Program-made: the position numbers and the translations under genes
Notes under the pieces: generated by a model
What the model was told of the DNA's origin: nothing
What the model saw: the letters and a program-made list of their open reading frames with translations, nothing else
The model's database searches: none
Assembly: GCA_028534125.1 (NCBI GenBank)
Contig: CM052823.1
Span: 38,688,001-38,752,000 of the forward strand
Length of the DNA: 64,000 nt
Direction: 5' to 3'
Source of the DNA: Lama glama
Taxonomy: Eukaryota
Part shown: piece after piece, positions 39,305-52,705 of the stretch
How the letters are laid out: each line of letters begins with the position of its first letter
Numbering within the stretch: the stretch's first letter is position 1

Positions 39305-39673
39305 TGTCATGAACTGAATGGCATTCCCCTAAATTCCCANNNNNNNNNNNNNNNNNNNNNNNNNNNNNNNNNNNNNNNNNNNNNNNNNNNNNNNNNNNNN
39401 NNNNNNNNNNNNNNNNNNNNNNNNNNNNNNNNNNNNNNNNNNNNNNNNNNNNNNNNNNNNNNNNNNNNNNNNNNNNNNAGTGTAGGTACGTAGGAGGAAG
39501 ACCACACAAGGACACTGTGAGAAGGCCAAGGAAAGAGGCCTCAAGAGACACCAAACTTGCTGGCAACTTGAGCTTGGACTTCCAGATGCCAGAACTGTGA
39601 GAAAATAAGTCTCTGCTGTTTAAGCCACCTGCTTTGTGGCTTTTTGTTATAGTAGCCCTAGCAGACTAAGACA
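39305..39673 (+). mobile_element. MaLR solo LTR (MLT1B/A-like) spanning a gap
   Basis: Start 'tgtcatgaactgaat...cccctaaattc', end 'agccctagcagactaagaca'; TSD gatag/gataa. Confidence 0.85.
39340..39478. other. Assembly gap
   Basis: N run. Confidence 1.
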
Positions 39674-39989
39674 GATAATGAGGGGGGGGTGGGTGGGGCG
39701 GGGTGGCAACGAAAAAAGCCACCACGGTTCTTGCTTCAGGGCTTTGGAAGGTTTTACCGCTTCTTCCCAACCTCACCTGCCTAGTCAACTTCGACTCTTC
39801 CTGTAAGTCTCACTTCAAGTGTCACCACCCCTGTCCCTCCTGGTTGACTTGGGTACTCCTTCCCTCTGTCTCGTGGATGCACTTTGGCTGTTTGAATCAC
39901 CAACATTCTTGAATGTCTTAACGCATCAGACTAGGAACTTCTTGACAGTAGCTTTGGTTGGGTTAGAGGGACTCAATGTGTAATTGTAA

Positions 39990-40108
39990 AGGGAAGAAAT
40001 GTAAGAAGAAAAGGAAGAAGTGGTGGAAAGAAAGGAAATAAAGGGGGAGGAAGAAAAGAAATAAAGGGGGAGGGAGAAAGGAGACAGAAGGGGGAATAAG
40101 AGGAAAAT
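39990..40108. repeat. Polypurine (GA-rich) low-complexity tract
   Basis: Almost exclusively A/G over ~120 bp. Confidence 0.8.
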
Positions 40109-42169
40109 ACAGATATTCTGACATGCTAAAATGCCAGTCAATTCAAAGGACATTTCCAGGAAAACAACTCATTAACCTGAATGAGGTTGATGTGACTAAA
40201 TCTCCTCTATGTCAGTGATGGTGTTAAATTGAGGATTTACAATCTGCCAAGATTATAATCTGGTGAGAAGGAAAATGTGAACCAATATAAATTAAATGAC
40301 TTTAAAAATAGTTATGTGCTGACAAACAAAGTAAAAGAATAAAAGCCAAGTAAACAGTGTACATGGGTATTAGATTAGACATTAGGAATAGGAAAAATGC
40401 GCTGATGATGGAAGTACTAAGGGGCTCGAAAACATCACTGAGGGAGGTGTTCAAGTCTATGTAGTGACTTTATAGGAAAGCCAAAAGAGAAAAAATAAGA
40501 TATACGTAATATGGTATGTACAGAAAAGTAATTCCGAAGGTGATTTGAAGGCAGGTTTCCCCCCCACGTTTCATTTTTCAAGCAAGATTATTTTATTTCT
40601 TTGATTTTTTTTCTCCTGTGGTCAAATGATTAAAATTATGAACTCTGACTGTGATTATTAGTCCATCCTTTCAAACCCATTTTTTACATGGAAAACCTTT
40701 TTATCTCCTTTACGGAATGGCCTCATTTTTAAAAGTCAGTACCGAGTGAAATTTTAAATCTGGGTAGTCCCCATTCAGCAACTATGGAACAGTTTGAAAG
40801 AACATGGTCTTCAAAATTAAAACCTGGAGACCGTTAGCAAGTCCCATCACAAACACTCCTGTTGCTACTTTAGTGTTTTCTCTGCGCCTTCATCTCTGAC
40901 CACACCTATGAGATGAACCAAAATGTAGTGCCCTGGCTCCAGGGGGGAAGAGCTGCAAATGCTTAATAAAACGTTCCTCAAAGAGGAACGAAAAGAAGGA
41001 TTAAGGACAAACTAAGCAGGACTCCCGTATGCCAGGGACTCATAATATCTTTTACGGTGAAGATTTTTCAGTGCTTTCAGGTCAGCATCTGACCTCGCCT
41101 CAGGCGAAACCCTCTTCTGGTCCAATTCTCTTGCCCAGCCTTGGAGAGCCCCGCACAACCTGATGCACAGAAACACCAGATGCCAGCCCCAGGGTTCCAT
41201 TCCAGTCTTTAATTTTAAAGGACACTGAATTACCAGAAAGTCATCAAGAAGCATAATTTCTCGACAGACCTCTCGTAGTGGGGGAAGAAAACTCTTCATA
41301 CACCCTGTTGAAACAATTATTTGCAGCCAATCCCAGATTTTTTTTTTTTTGCCGAGTCTCTCATTATGAAGGTTTTGCCCATTCACATGTGAACTGTAAA
41401 CAGACTGACAGATGGAATTCTTTTGTATAAACAGTTTCAGATACACTACTCCTCCGTGGCCGTGTCAGTTGTTTACAGTATCAAAAAGCCACAGATAGGC
41501 CTAAAAGTAAGGAAAGTCCGTATTTCTGCCAAACATTTGCACAACATCCATCCATAGTTTGTACCCGGGTGCTCAGAGTGTTGCTGACGAAACCCAGTTT
41601 CTCAAGTGTGTTTACGACCATTGTGTCAACAAGACTCCCCGGGAAATTTCTCGGAGAACCCCCTTCCAGAGCAGCCCAAGTCTCTGTGAAGGGGCCACAG
41701 ATGGCAACACCAATCTAGAAGCAAGTTGGGAAACAAAGAGCCCTAAAAGAAATGCAAAGGGTACAAATAGAAAAGCTTGCCTCCTCCCTTCACACAGTTT
41801 TTCCTCCCAGGCTTACTTAGTACGTTTTCTCCCAGGCAAAGGGTTCATCTCTCCTCTTTCCTGCAACCTGAATTCAAGAGTCTTTGGAGCTTATTTTACA
41901 AACATCACGTCCACTTTGGATTTCTCTCCCTCACCCCCGGCAGACATTTAAGCACCTTAATCCTTCATTCTCCGTACTTCCCCTAAAGTGATCCTCTTCC
42001 AGGGCTATTTAAGCTATTTAGAATCTCCTTTCCATTTTTTTTTTTCATGTTCCCTCCTGCCCCACAGTTCAGCTTGTCTGAGAAAATGGTTTCATAAACC
42101 GCGCCTAATGTTCTCCAAATTGATAGAACTGAGAGATTCTTTCCCTAATCCATCTCCCTTATGCACAAA

Positions 42170-44650
42170 AGGTGTTCGCAATATAATTCACATGCAATAT
42201 AGTTCATTCCTTTAAAGTATGCGATTCAGTCGTTCATAGCCTAGTCACAGAGTTGCACAGCCATCAACACGATCTACTTTAGAACATTTTCATTACCCCC
42301 AAATGAGACCTCGTATCCATTTATAGTTACTCCCCACTCCCCTCCCCACCCCAGCCCAACTGCCCCAGCCCTAGGCAACCCTTATCTGCTTTCTGTCTCT
42401 ATAGATTTCCCTATCTTGGCCATTCATATCAGTAGAATCATACAGCATGTGCTTTTTTGTGACTCACTTCTTTCATTTAATGTTTTCAAGGTTCATCCAT
42501 GTTAGAGCATGCATCAGAATTTCTTCCTTTTTGTTGTTAAATAATACTTCACTGTATGAATATATCATTTTATTTATCCATTCATTGGTCGATGGACATT
42601 CGGATTGTTTCTTCTGCTGACTATCATGAATGACACTACTATGAACATTAGTGTACAAGTTTTTGTGTGGACATATATTTGTCTTTCTCTTGGGTGTTTA
42701 GCTAGGAGTGCAATTTGTGGGTAAAGGAGTAACTCTCTGATTAATCTTTTGAGGAACTGCCAAACTGCTTTTCAAAGTGGTTACAACATTTCATATCCCC
42801 ACTAGGAATATATAAGGGTTCCAGTTTCTCTATCTCCTTGTCAACACTTGCTGTTATCTGTGATTTTGCTAGTGGGTATACAGTGGTATCTCATTGTGGT
42901 TTTGATTTGTATTTCCACTGTGGCTAAAGATTTTGAGTATCCTTTCATGTGTTCAATTGCCATTTATGTATCATTTTTGAAGAAATGTCTTTCAAATCTC
43001 TTGCCCATTTTTAAATTGAGTTATCTTTTTGTTATTAAATTGTAAGAGCTCTCCATACATTCTGGATACAAGTCCCTTATCAGATGTATGATATGCAAAT
43101 ATTTCCTCACAGTCTGTGTTTTCTTTTCACTCTCTTGATGGTATCACTTGCAGGATGAAATTTTTGAATTTTGAAGTTCAATTTATCTATTTTTTTCCTT
43201 TGTCACTTCTGTTTTAGTGTCAGATACAAGAAGACTTTGCCCAACTCAAAGTCATAAATACTTACTCCTGTGTTTTCATCTAATAGTTTTATAGGCTTGG
43301 CTCTTACATTTAGATCTATACCCATTCTGAGTTAATTTGGGGGGACAGCATAAGGAAGGAATCTGAACTCATTCTTGTGCATATGGTATCCAGTTGCCCC
43401 AACAAAGAGAGAGTATTCTTTCTCCCAGTGAATAGTCTTGGCACCCTTGTGAAAAACCATAAACGTGTGGGTTTTAAATTCTGGATTCTCAGTTCTGTTT
43501 AATTGGTCGACATGTTTATCTCATGTGAGTGCTACAGTGCCTTGATTCCTGTAGCTTTGCTGTAGTAAATCAGTGAGTTTGGGTCTTCCAGTGTTGCTTT
43601 AGCTGGTCCAGACCCCTTATATTTCCATATGGATTTTAAGATCAGCTTGTCCATTTCTATGAAAAAAAAACTAGCTGGAATTTTGATAAGGATTGAGTTG
43701 ATCTGCACATCAATTTGTGGAGTATTACTATCAATAATGTTAAATCTTCCAGTCCATGAACATAGAATGTCCTTCTGTTTATTTAGGTATTTTTTCATTT
43801 CTCTCAACAACATTTTGTATTTGTTAGAATACAAATTTTGGACTTCTTCTGTTAAGCTTCTATCTAAGTATTTTATTATTTTGATGCTATTATAAATGGA
43901 ATTTCCCTAATTTAATTTTCATAATATTCACTGCTGTACTGTATTGAAATTCAGTTGATTTCTGAATAATAATCTTGTATCCTGAGCTTATTTATTCTTG
44001 AGCTTATTTATTCATTCTAGTTGGAGTTCTTTTTTTTTTTTTGCATTTTTTGTGGTACAGTTGACTTACAACATTATATGAATTTCTTGTTTTTTCTTTT
44101 CGATTCCTTAGGATTTTCTGTATACAAGATCATGCCATCTGCAAATAGAGAAAGTTTTACTTCTTCCTTTCCAATTCTGATGCATTTAATTTATTTCCTT
44201 TTTAATTGGGCCTTGCTAGAACCTTCAGTGCAATTGTCGATAGATGTGGTGAGAACAGCCCTTCTCCGTTAAGTATTCTGTTAACTGTGGGCTCTTTGTA
44301 GGTACTCTTTATCCAGTTAAGAGAGTTCCTTTCTGCAAAGTTCTGTTCGTGTTCTACCAGTTTCTGGAAAGAGAATGGCCATATAAATTATTTTCTTTTC
44401 TGTTATTATTTCTCTGCATGTTGTACCTGCTCCTATTTGAAGGAAGTTCCTTTGTACTCCTTGTTTTCTATGTGTTTTTGTCATGAAAGGGTGTGGGATT
44501 TTGTCAGATGCGTCTTCTGCATCTATTATATAGTCGATGGAGTTGATCCTTTATTCTACTAATAAATTGCATTGGGTGATTTTGGGGGAGGTTTTACCAG
44601 CCCTTGGATTTCTGGGATAAGTCACTTTGTCATGGTAGATAATACTTCTA
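42170..44650 (-). mobile_element. L1M (L1MB-like) LINE, 3' ~2.5 kb with decayed ORF2
   Basis: ORF 43532-43834 (YKMLLREMKKYLNKQKDILCSWTGRFNII...IKIPASFFFIEMDKLILKSIWK) and ORF 42473-42658 (CPSTNEWINKM...TWMNLEN) match L1 ORF2p; L1MB-type 3' UTR at 42170-42470. A short young L1 tail appears nested at ~44030-44085. Confidence 0.92.
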
Positions 44651-47600
44651 CAAAAGCCTTTTAAAATATTTTCTTTTAAGTTAAGAAAGGGAAGAGATAC
44701 TGAATTTGCCAATTCTGGAATTCATTGTTTATATGTAGTACGGGCTGGAGGAATGACCTTCTTAATGTGACCTGACTCTGAGCAGTGCACTCAGTAAACC
44801 ATAGCGGCCCCATAGCAATAAATAAATAATTCCCACAGGTCCCTTGTACCTGAATCATTGGGAAAACTCTGAGAGTGATGGGTAAGTAATAATTAAATAC
44901 TGGTCTAAATTTAAACTGTAAATATACACAAATGATACATTATGAAGAAGAAGAATTAAGATGGGAGAGTGGTGAGTGGGAAGAAAGAATCACCTAAAAA
45001 TCAAAAAATATAAATACCCAGAGAATAAGGATATCTTAAAAAAAAAAAACTGTAAAAACTGTAGCTTCCCAGTGACTTTCAGGACCATCAGGACTTAAAA
45101 AGTATTTCTACCACACATTAATATGAAAAAAATAAATAAAAGTAGAATGGATGGAAACTGATGCTCAAAGATGTTACATAAATCTACCAAAGTCGGATTT
45201 TTGACTCCCAGTCCACTTTCCCTTATACAGAGCCACCTATCCTTAACAATGATGCTCAAATGTATCTGAGCAGCACTTTAGAGCTTTCAGATCACTGTCA
45301 CATATGTGATCCTGCTTCGTCTAGTGGCCTTTGTACAGTGTCACCCGCCACAGATGTCTGTTATGGACAGATGTTAGTGAGCCTTTGCCTCTTCAGTGGT
45401 GACAATGGCAGAACTCAGAATTATTCAGAATTTTGTTCCATAATTTACGTATAAGTCAGGGTAATAGAAATTGAATTTAAAATACGTGATCCACTGCACT
45501 AAAATGGAAGTAAATACAAAGTGATGACCTGTTAAGCAGTGATCTGCATAAATCTGAATTGCTTGGGGGTCAACCATAAAGTGAACAGAAGCCACGTGCT
45601 TTTAATCTGCCGCTAAGCATAATGTGAATGTACCCAGACATTCCTAGTGAACTAAAACACAGAAAGAAAATTTACTAACTTACATCAGTGCTTAGGACAA
45701 GCCACATTTTTTTTTTTTTGGCATCTTGAAAAAGGTTTGGATAAACGAATTCCATGTAGAAGGAAATTCACCCATATTTACCAAAAAGTGAACATCTGGT
45801 AGGTCCCTGCAATTGATAGCCTAGTAAAATGGAGATTCTCTGGGCTCAGCCCTTAGGATGGCTCGTGGAAGTTAGACTACAGGGAATTTCCCAGCAGCAC
45901 AGTGTAGAGGCAAGAGTGTGTGGTGCTGAGAAGCAGCTCTCAGATCATTTGGAGAGAGATTATGGATGAATGGATGGATGAAAAAGTAAATGGGCTTCTT
46001 ATCCAAAGCCCTGGAAATCTGGCTAAACTGGGTGTCCTGAGCCAGGCGAATTAACTGCTAGGCTCCCATGTCTTATGTAACAAATGGAAATAACCATATC
46101 TGCCTTTCCTGAACCTGCCCTTCACAGATTGCTGCGAACTTGAGATGAGATACTGTGTTTAAGGTTATTTCAGAACCGTAAAATAGCAAATAGATATGAA
46201 GTAGTTATTGTTATTAACTGAAACACTGATCATCTCAAGGCCAGAGCCAGAAGCCGAAGGGCAGAAACTGAGCGGGAGGAGTTGGGAGGGAGGTGAGAGA
46301 TGTGCCATAAGACTGGTTCTTGTCAAAAAAAAAAAAAAAAATCCAACGTCTTCCAAACGTAAGGACTCACAGAGATACCGAGGTGTCCATGTTAAATAAA
46401 CATCCTCCTGTTCAACGTCCACTTTGAAAGTTACAAAGTACTTTACGATAGTGCAAACCACTCCAAAATGCATTCATAATATATACTTACAAACAGAATT
46501 AAACAGTCTAAACTTCGGCCACCATCTCTCCTTACTTTCCTCCTGTTGGAATATGTTGAACTTAAATCAAAACAGCCTTGTGGAATACTTTGAAAGCAAC
46601 TTTAAAACCTAAAACATGAAGCAAGTAGATAAAATAGAGACTATAGGAACAATAGAATTACAAAGAAAACAAGTACAATATCAATTCAGGAAAAGTGCTT
46701 GCCATGTGCACACTCGCATGGCGGGAAGGAGGGAAGTTCGCATGTAAGGACGGAGAGAAAAAGATTCAAGGTGGCAACTGGGAAATGGTACTTAAGAAAA
46801 TAGATAAGCTATAAATTCCCCTTGCTTTGAATCAAGTAAACGTCCTTTGAAAAGGCTGGATCCAGGTTCAGGGGAAGGACAGAGGCACTGAACCCTTTTG
46901 ATTAATAGCATTCATCAGCAGTATGTGGACAGCATTAATGAGGCCACATTTATTGAGCCCCTCCAGAGTGTGTGCCCAGCCCCACTTTTGGAGACACTTC
47001 TCTTTATAATGCAAGTTTCAGGATGCATCTTTGGGGTCCCTAGGAACCACCACGACTTTAAATTGTTTCTCTTCTGAAGCACTCGTTTGAAATAATATTG
47101 CTTGGAATGCTTGAGGCCTACGCTTCATGATTGGTCCTGCAACATGATCTGAATTACAGTTAGCAAAGCAATGAGATTTAGCCTCCTTGGCCTAAGTTAC
47201 ACAAATGTTGATGAAGCCTGTGAGGTAAACTCGTTTATCCTATAAGCTTCATTGGCATTTCTATGACAAAGCAAAGAAAGAACATTTGTGTTTCAGTATA
47301 AAGCCATGACCTGGCAACTCTTTCCAAGCTCAGGTATCTTACAGGTTTTTTCATTTCTGATTCTAAGATCTTTTCTTGATGGGTATGAATTGTGTAGTAC
47401 TTAACATAGATGCCTTTAAAAACCGTACCACTGCATCCTAACGTATGAGAACTTGTATTACAAAAACCCTCAATGAAGTGGTTGGATGCCTCATCAAAAT
47501 TCAGAGGGAAAAACAAAAGTAATACCCTCTCCCCACCAAAAAAAGTACATGTGTCAAGAATCCAAAGATAAGATTCACCTTAGGGAAGTGGAAACTGAAC

Positions 47601-47651
47601 TACTTGTGAGACTGTGAGATGGAAGCTCTTAGAATTATTACAGAATTAGGG

Positions 47652-48153
47652 CTGTACTGTCCAAAACGACAGCCAGCTGGCACAGCCAAGCGCTCGTGAT
47701 TTGGCTGGTACAGCCAGGGAATGGAACTTTAACTTCATTTCATTTGAATTAGTTAAAATTTAAATTGAAAAACTGTTAATTTCATTCTTAAAGAACTTTC
47801 AAATATGTTCAAAACAACTTGGTATGTAAATCTACTTCTTCAGCAGTAAGTTTTATGAAGTCTATATGCAGACCAAGTGCCACATAGCTGATGAATATAC
47901 AGTGTCTTAATTGAGATGTGCTGTAAGGGTAAAACACACACAGGATTTCCAAGATTTTGTAGGAAAAACGAATTCAGATATCCCATTAATAATTTTTAAT
48001 ACTGATTACATATTGAAATGATCACTTTGATATATTAAGCTAAATACCATTAAAATTAATTTCACATGTGTCTTTTTACTTTTCTTAATGTGACTACTAG
48101 AAAGTTTAAAATTGCATGTGTGGCTCACATTTCATTTCTATTGGACGGTGCTG
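47652..48153. mobile_element. hAT-Charlie DNA transposon (Charlie1/MER33-like)
   Basis: TIR-like ends 'ctgtactgtccaa' / 'ttggacggtgctg'; internal 'ttgagatgtgctgtaag...aatgtgactactagaaagtttaaaatt'. Confidence 0.8.
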
Positions 48154-49569
48154 ATTCAGAGAGTAGTATGCTCCCAGGCACAGATGTAAGATTACAAATA
48201 ATTAAATAAGATTTCTCCCTATAAAGGCAATTTCATGGCCAAAGTAAACTCGTGGAGCACTTTTTGAAGATTCATGCAAAAGTAGCCCATATTAAGGAAA
48301 AAAGTGTTAATACTGGCCCACACTCAGGAGGGTCCATTCAAGCTTTGGGGATCTCACAGTGAGGAAGATGAACAGTGTGTAGAGCTGAAAGCACGTCAAA
48401 AAGAATTAGTGGCTGGTCAGAGGGGTTGACTTAGGAGGAGGGAAAATGAAAGAATGAAATCCAAGGACTAAAGATGATACAGTTGTCTGCAAAGGACAGA
48501 GGGGAATTAGTTGGCACTGACAAAAAAAGGTTGGAACCAGAAGTAATGCGATACAGGTAAGAAAGGGAGATGTAAGCTTGGGACATGTTAAGTGAAGGGG
48601 AAACTAGAAAGGGCTCAAGGGGTGAGGAGGCTGGTCCAGGCTTGACAAAGGAATGGAGGACTTGACCGACCTCGCGGTCTTCCCAGCTTTTGTTTCTCAA
48701 CTCCTCTCTGGGCTTATTAATTCGCTGATGTGGGTAGGCGTGGTGGGTAAAGGAGGAGCTGGAGGGGAGAGAGATCTGACGGCACTTCAGTCTGCGGCAG
48801 GACTGAAATGGTCATCGTCTCCCTTCTCCTCTGGCTGCCTGGAGCATCATCCTGGTGACGTCTCTAGTGGCCATTCGGTGCCCACGTGTGTCTGCACAAA
48901 AACGTCACCGCGAGCAGCGCGTCACTAAGCAAATCTGCCTCAGACATGCTGCACCTGTTTGTTACTGAGTGTCCCTTTCCCACCACACTTTTCTTTGGGA
49001 AACAGAAGTAGAAAGAGCTGAGCCCAGGCCTGGATATTGAAAACAGATTGACGTTAACACACATGCACCAAACCCATTTCCTTCTCAGCAGCCTTCCACA
49101 TACCGTGCAGAGACTCCTCCCAGTTTCCGAGATGGGAGACATTAACCACAAGACAAGATAGATCACCGACTTAAAAATGTGTTGTAAAGAGTTGCCATCA
49201 GTCTGCAGACATCACTCTGGCAACCTTTGGATAACATCAACTATGCTCCAATGAAAGACTTCAAAAACCAATGTGCTTCCAAAATCAATGGAAAGGAAAT
49301 GATGATTTCACTTCTGTCAATTGGAATAGACTGCGTTAGAAAGGAACTTTCATTATCGGCAAGGGTGTATGCGGGGTAGGAGGGAATAGCAGAGGCCTTT
49401 TTCCTGACTTTATGTAAAATCAAGAAGAGAAAGTAATGATACTCCAGACTCTCACACGTGCATCTCTAGCAGTTGCCCCTTGTTCTACTAACTTCTTAAA
49501 AGGAAAATGCAGACTGGTCAGTTCTCAGTTCAAAAATTAACACAGAGGTGGGATTTTTTTTTAATAGTA

Positions 49570-49820
49570 CTCTAATAAGGAGCGTGGAATCAGAGTGCCA
49601 GGGTCTCAGTTCTGCCTCCCCCTCTTAAGAGGTGTGTGACTTTGGGCCAGTTACCTTCTTCTTTGAACCTTAGTTTTCACATCAGTAAGCTGGGCATTGT
49701 ATCTCTGGCACAGGAAAGCCCATGAGCTAAAACACATACAGCTCTTAGCATGGAACGTGGCACTTAGTGCGTGCTGATCCATGGTCTTTGTTGCTGTTTC
49801 TGCTGCTGTTGTCATTATTA
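49570..49820 (+). mobile_element. MIR SINE
   Basis: 'tgtgtgactttgggccagttacctt...ttgaaccttagttttcacatcagtaa'. Confidence 0.75.
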
Positions 49821-50825
49821 TTATTAATACCATAGTTACTGTTGATGGAGCACCAGATGGCTATTAGGGAAAAAACAGCCGATAATACAATTGAAAACAG
49901 AAATTTAAAGAAACCCAGTTCTCTGTATGAGAGGAGCAGGTTGCCTTACCTGCCAAACACATCCTGGAGAATGGACTCCACTCTTTATGTAGCAAAATGA
50001 CTCTTGAACCTTGAGATCAAATGGCTGGGACGGGTGTATTTGAAATAGCCATTGCATAACTCCGTTAAGGCTACACTGGGATAAATTATTAGCATGGCCC
50101 TGGAACTGTGCTTCATTGTGCAATCAAGAGATTCTGTATGGTTTTACTTTTCATACAAAAGGAAAAAAAATATCAAAAACTAGAACCAGAAAACATTTGG
50201 AATTTTTTTTTCGTCCATGGCCAGATCTTACAACATCAGTGATTTAAACCAGGCATAGAATATGAACTCAACTAGGCCTCTGATATTTCTGCATTACTTG
50301 CTTACAGCGAACAACGCAGACACTGGCTGTGCTGAAGCTCCGTAGCACGGGCTGCGCTGGACAACTGGAATCTCACTTTCCCAGAGTTCCTCTCCCGGCC
50401 TGCTGGAGTAACTTAATACTACAGTGCTTCAGTCTTCTGCACCATAAATAAAAAATAAAAATACTCAATTGAATAAGCTTGGAGACTAAAATCAAAGCCA
50501 CATTTACTGCCAAAGAAGCCAACTAACAAGGATGCACAGCAAGGAGAGAGAAAGCTATCTTCACCCTGGTTTAAATTTCCAAGAAAATGATAACGGAGGA
50601 AAGAATGATGTATGGAACGCCAGTATACCATGGGCTGTGGCCTCCTGTCCAGAATCATCAAGAAGTACGCACAGGATTTCATAAGTCCATCATGCACTGC
50701 TTTTCTAAATGGCTACAAGGCTATCCGCCCTGCTTTTGCTGAAAGAGGAAGCTGTTTATTTGCATCTTCTACGCCGTCTTTTCCAAAGAGCCATTAAGCA
50801 AAGCAGCATAGCCACAAACAAGTAC

Positions 50826-51285
50826 NNNNNNNNNNNNNNNNNNNNNNNNNNNNNNNNNNNNNNNNNNNNNNNNNNNNNNNNNNNNNNNNNNNNNNNNNNN
50901 NNNNNNNNNNNNNNNNNNNNNNNNNNNNNNNNNNNNNNNNNNNNNNNNNNNNNNNNNNNNNNNNNNNNNNNNNNNNNNNNNNNNNNNNNNNNNNNNNNNN
51001 NNNNNNNNNNNNNNNNNNNNNNNNNNNNNNNNNNNNNNNNNNNNNNNNNNNNNNNNNNNNNNNNNNNNNNNNNNNNNNNNNNNNNNNNNNNNNNNNNNNN
51101 NNNNNNNNNNNNNNNNNNNNNNNNNNNNNNNNNNNNNNNNNNNNNNNNNNNNNNNNNNNNNNNNNNNNNNNNNNNNNNNNNNNNNNNNNNNNNNNNNNNN
51201 NNNNNNNNNNNNNNNNNNNNNNNNNNNNNNNNNNNNNNNNNNNNNNNNNNNNNNNNNNNNNNNNNNNNNNNNNNNNNNNNNNNNN
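50826..51285. other. Assembly gap
   Basis: N run. Confidence 1.
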
Positions 51286-52004
51286 CACATGTGTATATTA
51301 CCAGTAACCTGGGCATATTTGTTCCAGAGAGGTAGATGTTAGATAGATTTTCACCTGGCACTTCTGGATTGCTAATGAAGTAATCCACTTTATACCAGGG
51401 CAAAACTGGGAGTTCAGGTCAGGGTAATGAACCTTGAAAACAGTGAAAAGCCCAAGGGGAAAGAGAATATAAACATAGGAATGTGTTGTCATGTGCTGCG
51501 TGTATCCGTAAAACCAGAGCTGTGGAGCTTTAACTGCAGCTCAAAAGCCAAATATCGCTGAGCGTGTTTTGACTTTAAAAAAAAAAGGGAGGGTTATTAA
51601 GCTTTTTTTCTCTTTTTATTCAACATAAGTTACAAAGTTTCATCATCTTAACATACTGTGTGTTTTGAAAAGCACCCAAACACTCAACCATTAATTGGTA
51701 ATTTTCAGATTCCAGTTGGGATGAGTTTTCTAGTTCAGTTTGGAGGTCTTCCACTGCCCATCTTTATTTTTTCTTTCCTCCACTTGTTAGACATTTTTAT
51801 TCAATGTGTCTGTTATTCTATGACACTTCAGATGTGTTGCTTATTAAAATACTATATTTGAAGCAAACTTGAAAACAGGAACACAGAATTAGGAAATTTG
51901 ATGCTTTTGCATATTTCCAGTAAAAAATATTTCATTTTATAATTTTTTGTGCCTGCATATAAAAATATGCAAAAGCCTACCAATATATTTCTTAAAAACC
52001 TTTG

Positions 52005-52705
52005 TATATATCCATTAGAATGGCTATTTAAAAAATGCAGCTGTTGGTGAGGGTGAGGAGAAATTGGAACCTTGTGCACTGCTAGTCAGAATGTAAAAAA
52101 TGGTGTGACCACCATGAATCCTCGGAAAATTAAGAATAGGATTGATATGTGACCCAGCAATTCCACTTCTGGGTATACACCTAAAAGAGTTAGAAGCAAG
52201 GGACAGAGCAGAGATTTGTTCACCCACGTTCAGAGCAGCACTGTTCGAAATAGCCAAAAGGGGAAGCTAGACACATGTCCAACAACAGATGAATCGGTAA
52301 GCAAGATACGGTATATACATACAAAGGAATATTATTCAGCCGTGAAAAGGAAGGGACTTCTGACACATGCTAGAGCATGCAGGAACTTTGAAGACATTAT
52401 GCTAGGGAAGATAAGCCAGAAACAAAAGGATAAATATGGTATGATTCCACTTACATGAAGTACCTAGAATAGTCAAAATCATAGAGACAGAAAGTCGAAT
52501 GGTGGTCGCCAGAACCTGGGAGGTGGGAAAAGGGGGAGCTACTGTTTAACGGGTACAGCGTTTCAGCTTGGAAAGATGAAAAAGCTCTGGAGATGGATGA
52601 TGGTGATCTCCACACAACAAACTGAATGGACTAAATGTCACTGAACTGCATGCTTAGAAATGATTAAAATGGTAAAATTTATGTTATATATATTTTACCC
52701 TAATA
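52005..52705 (+). mobile_element. L1MB-like LINE 3' end (ORF2 C-terminus plus 3' UTR)
   Basis: ORF 52216-52458 (CPTTDESVSKIRYIHTKEYYSAVKRK...IMLGKISQKQKDKYGMIPL) matches the L1 ORF2p C-terminus; ends 'aaatggtaaaatttatgttatatatatttta'. Confidence 0.92.

Noticed and set aside
41012-41951. 144-aa and 130-aa ORFs
   Set aside because: Non-ATG starts; the first crosses a poly-T run; no known motifs or exon boundaries.
42473-43834. ORFs with real protein similarity (also 52216-52458)
   Set aside because: Decayed L1 ORF2p fragments, not host genes.
43983-44014. 16-bp tandem duplication
   Set aside because: Ordinary slippage duplication within an L1 fossil.
8337-51403. Long ORFs containing X runs (8.3, 37.1, 39.3, 50.7 kb)
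   Set aside because: Artefacts of translating N gaps.
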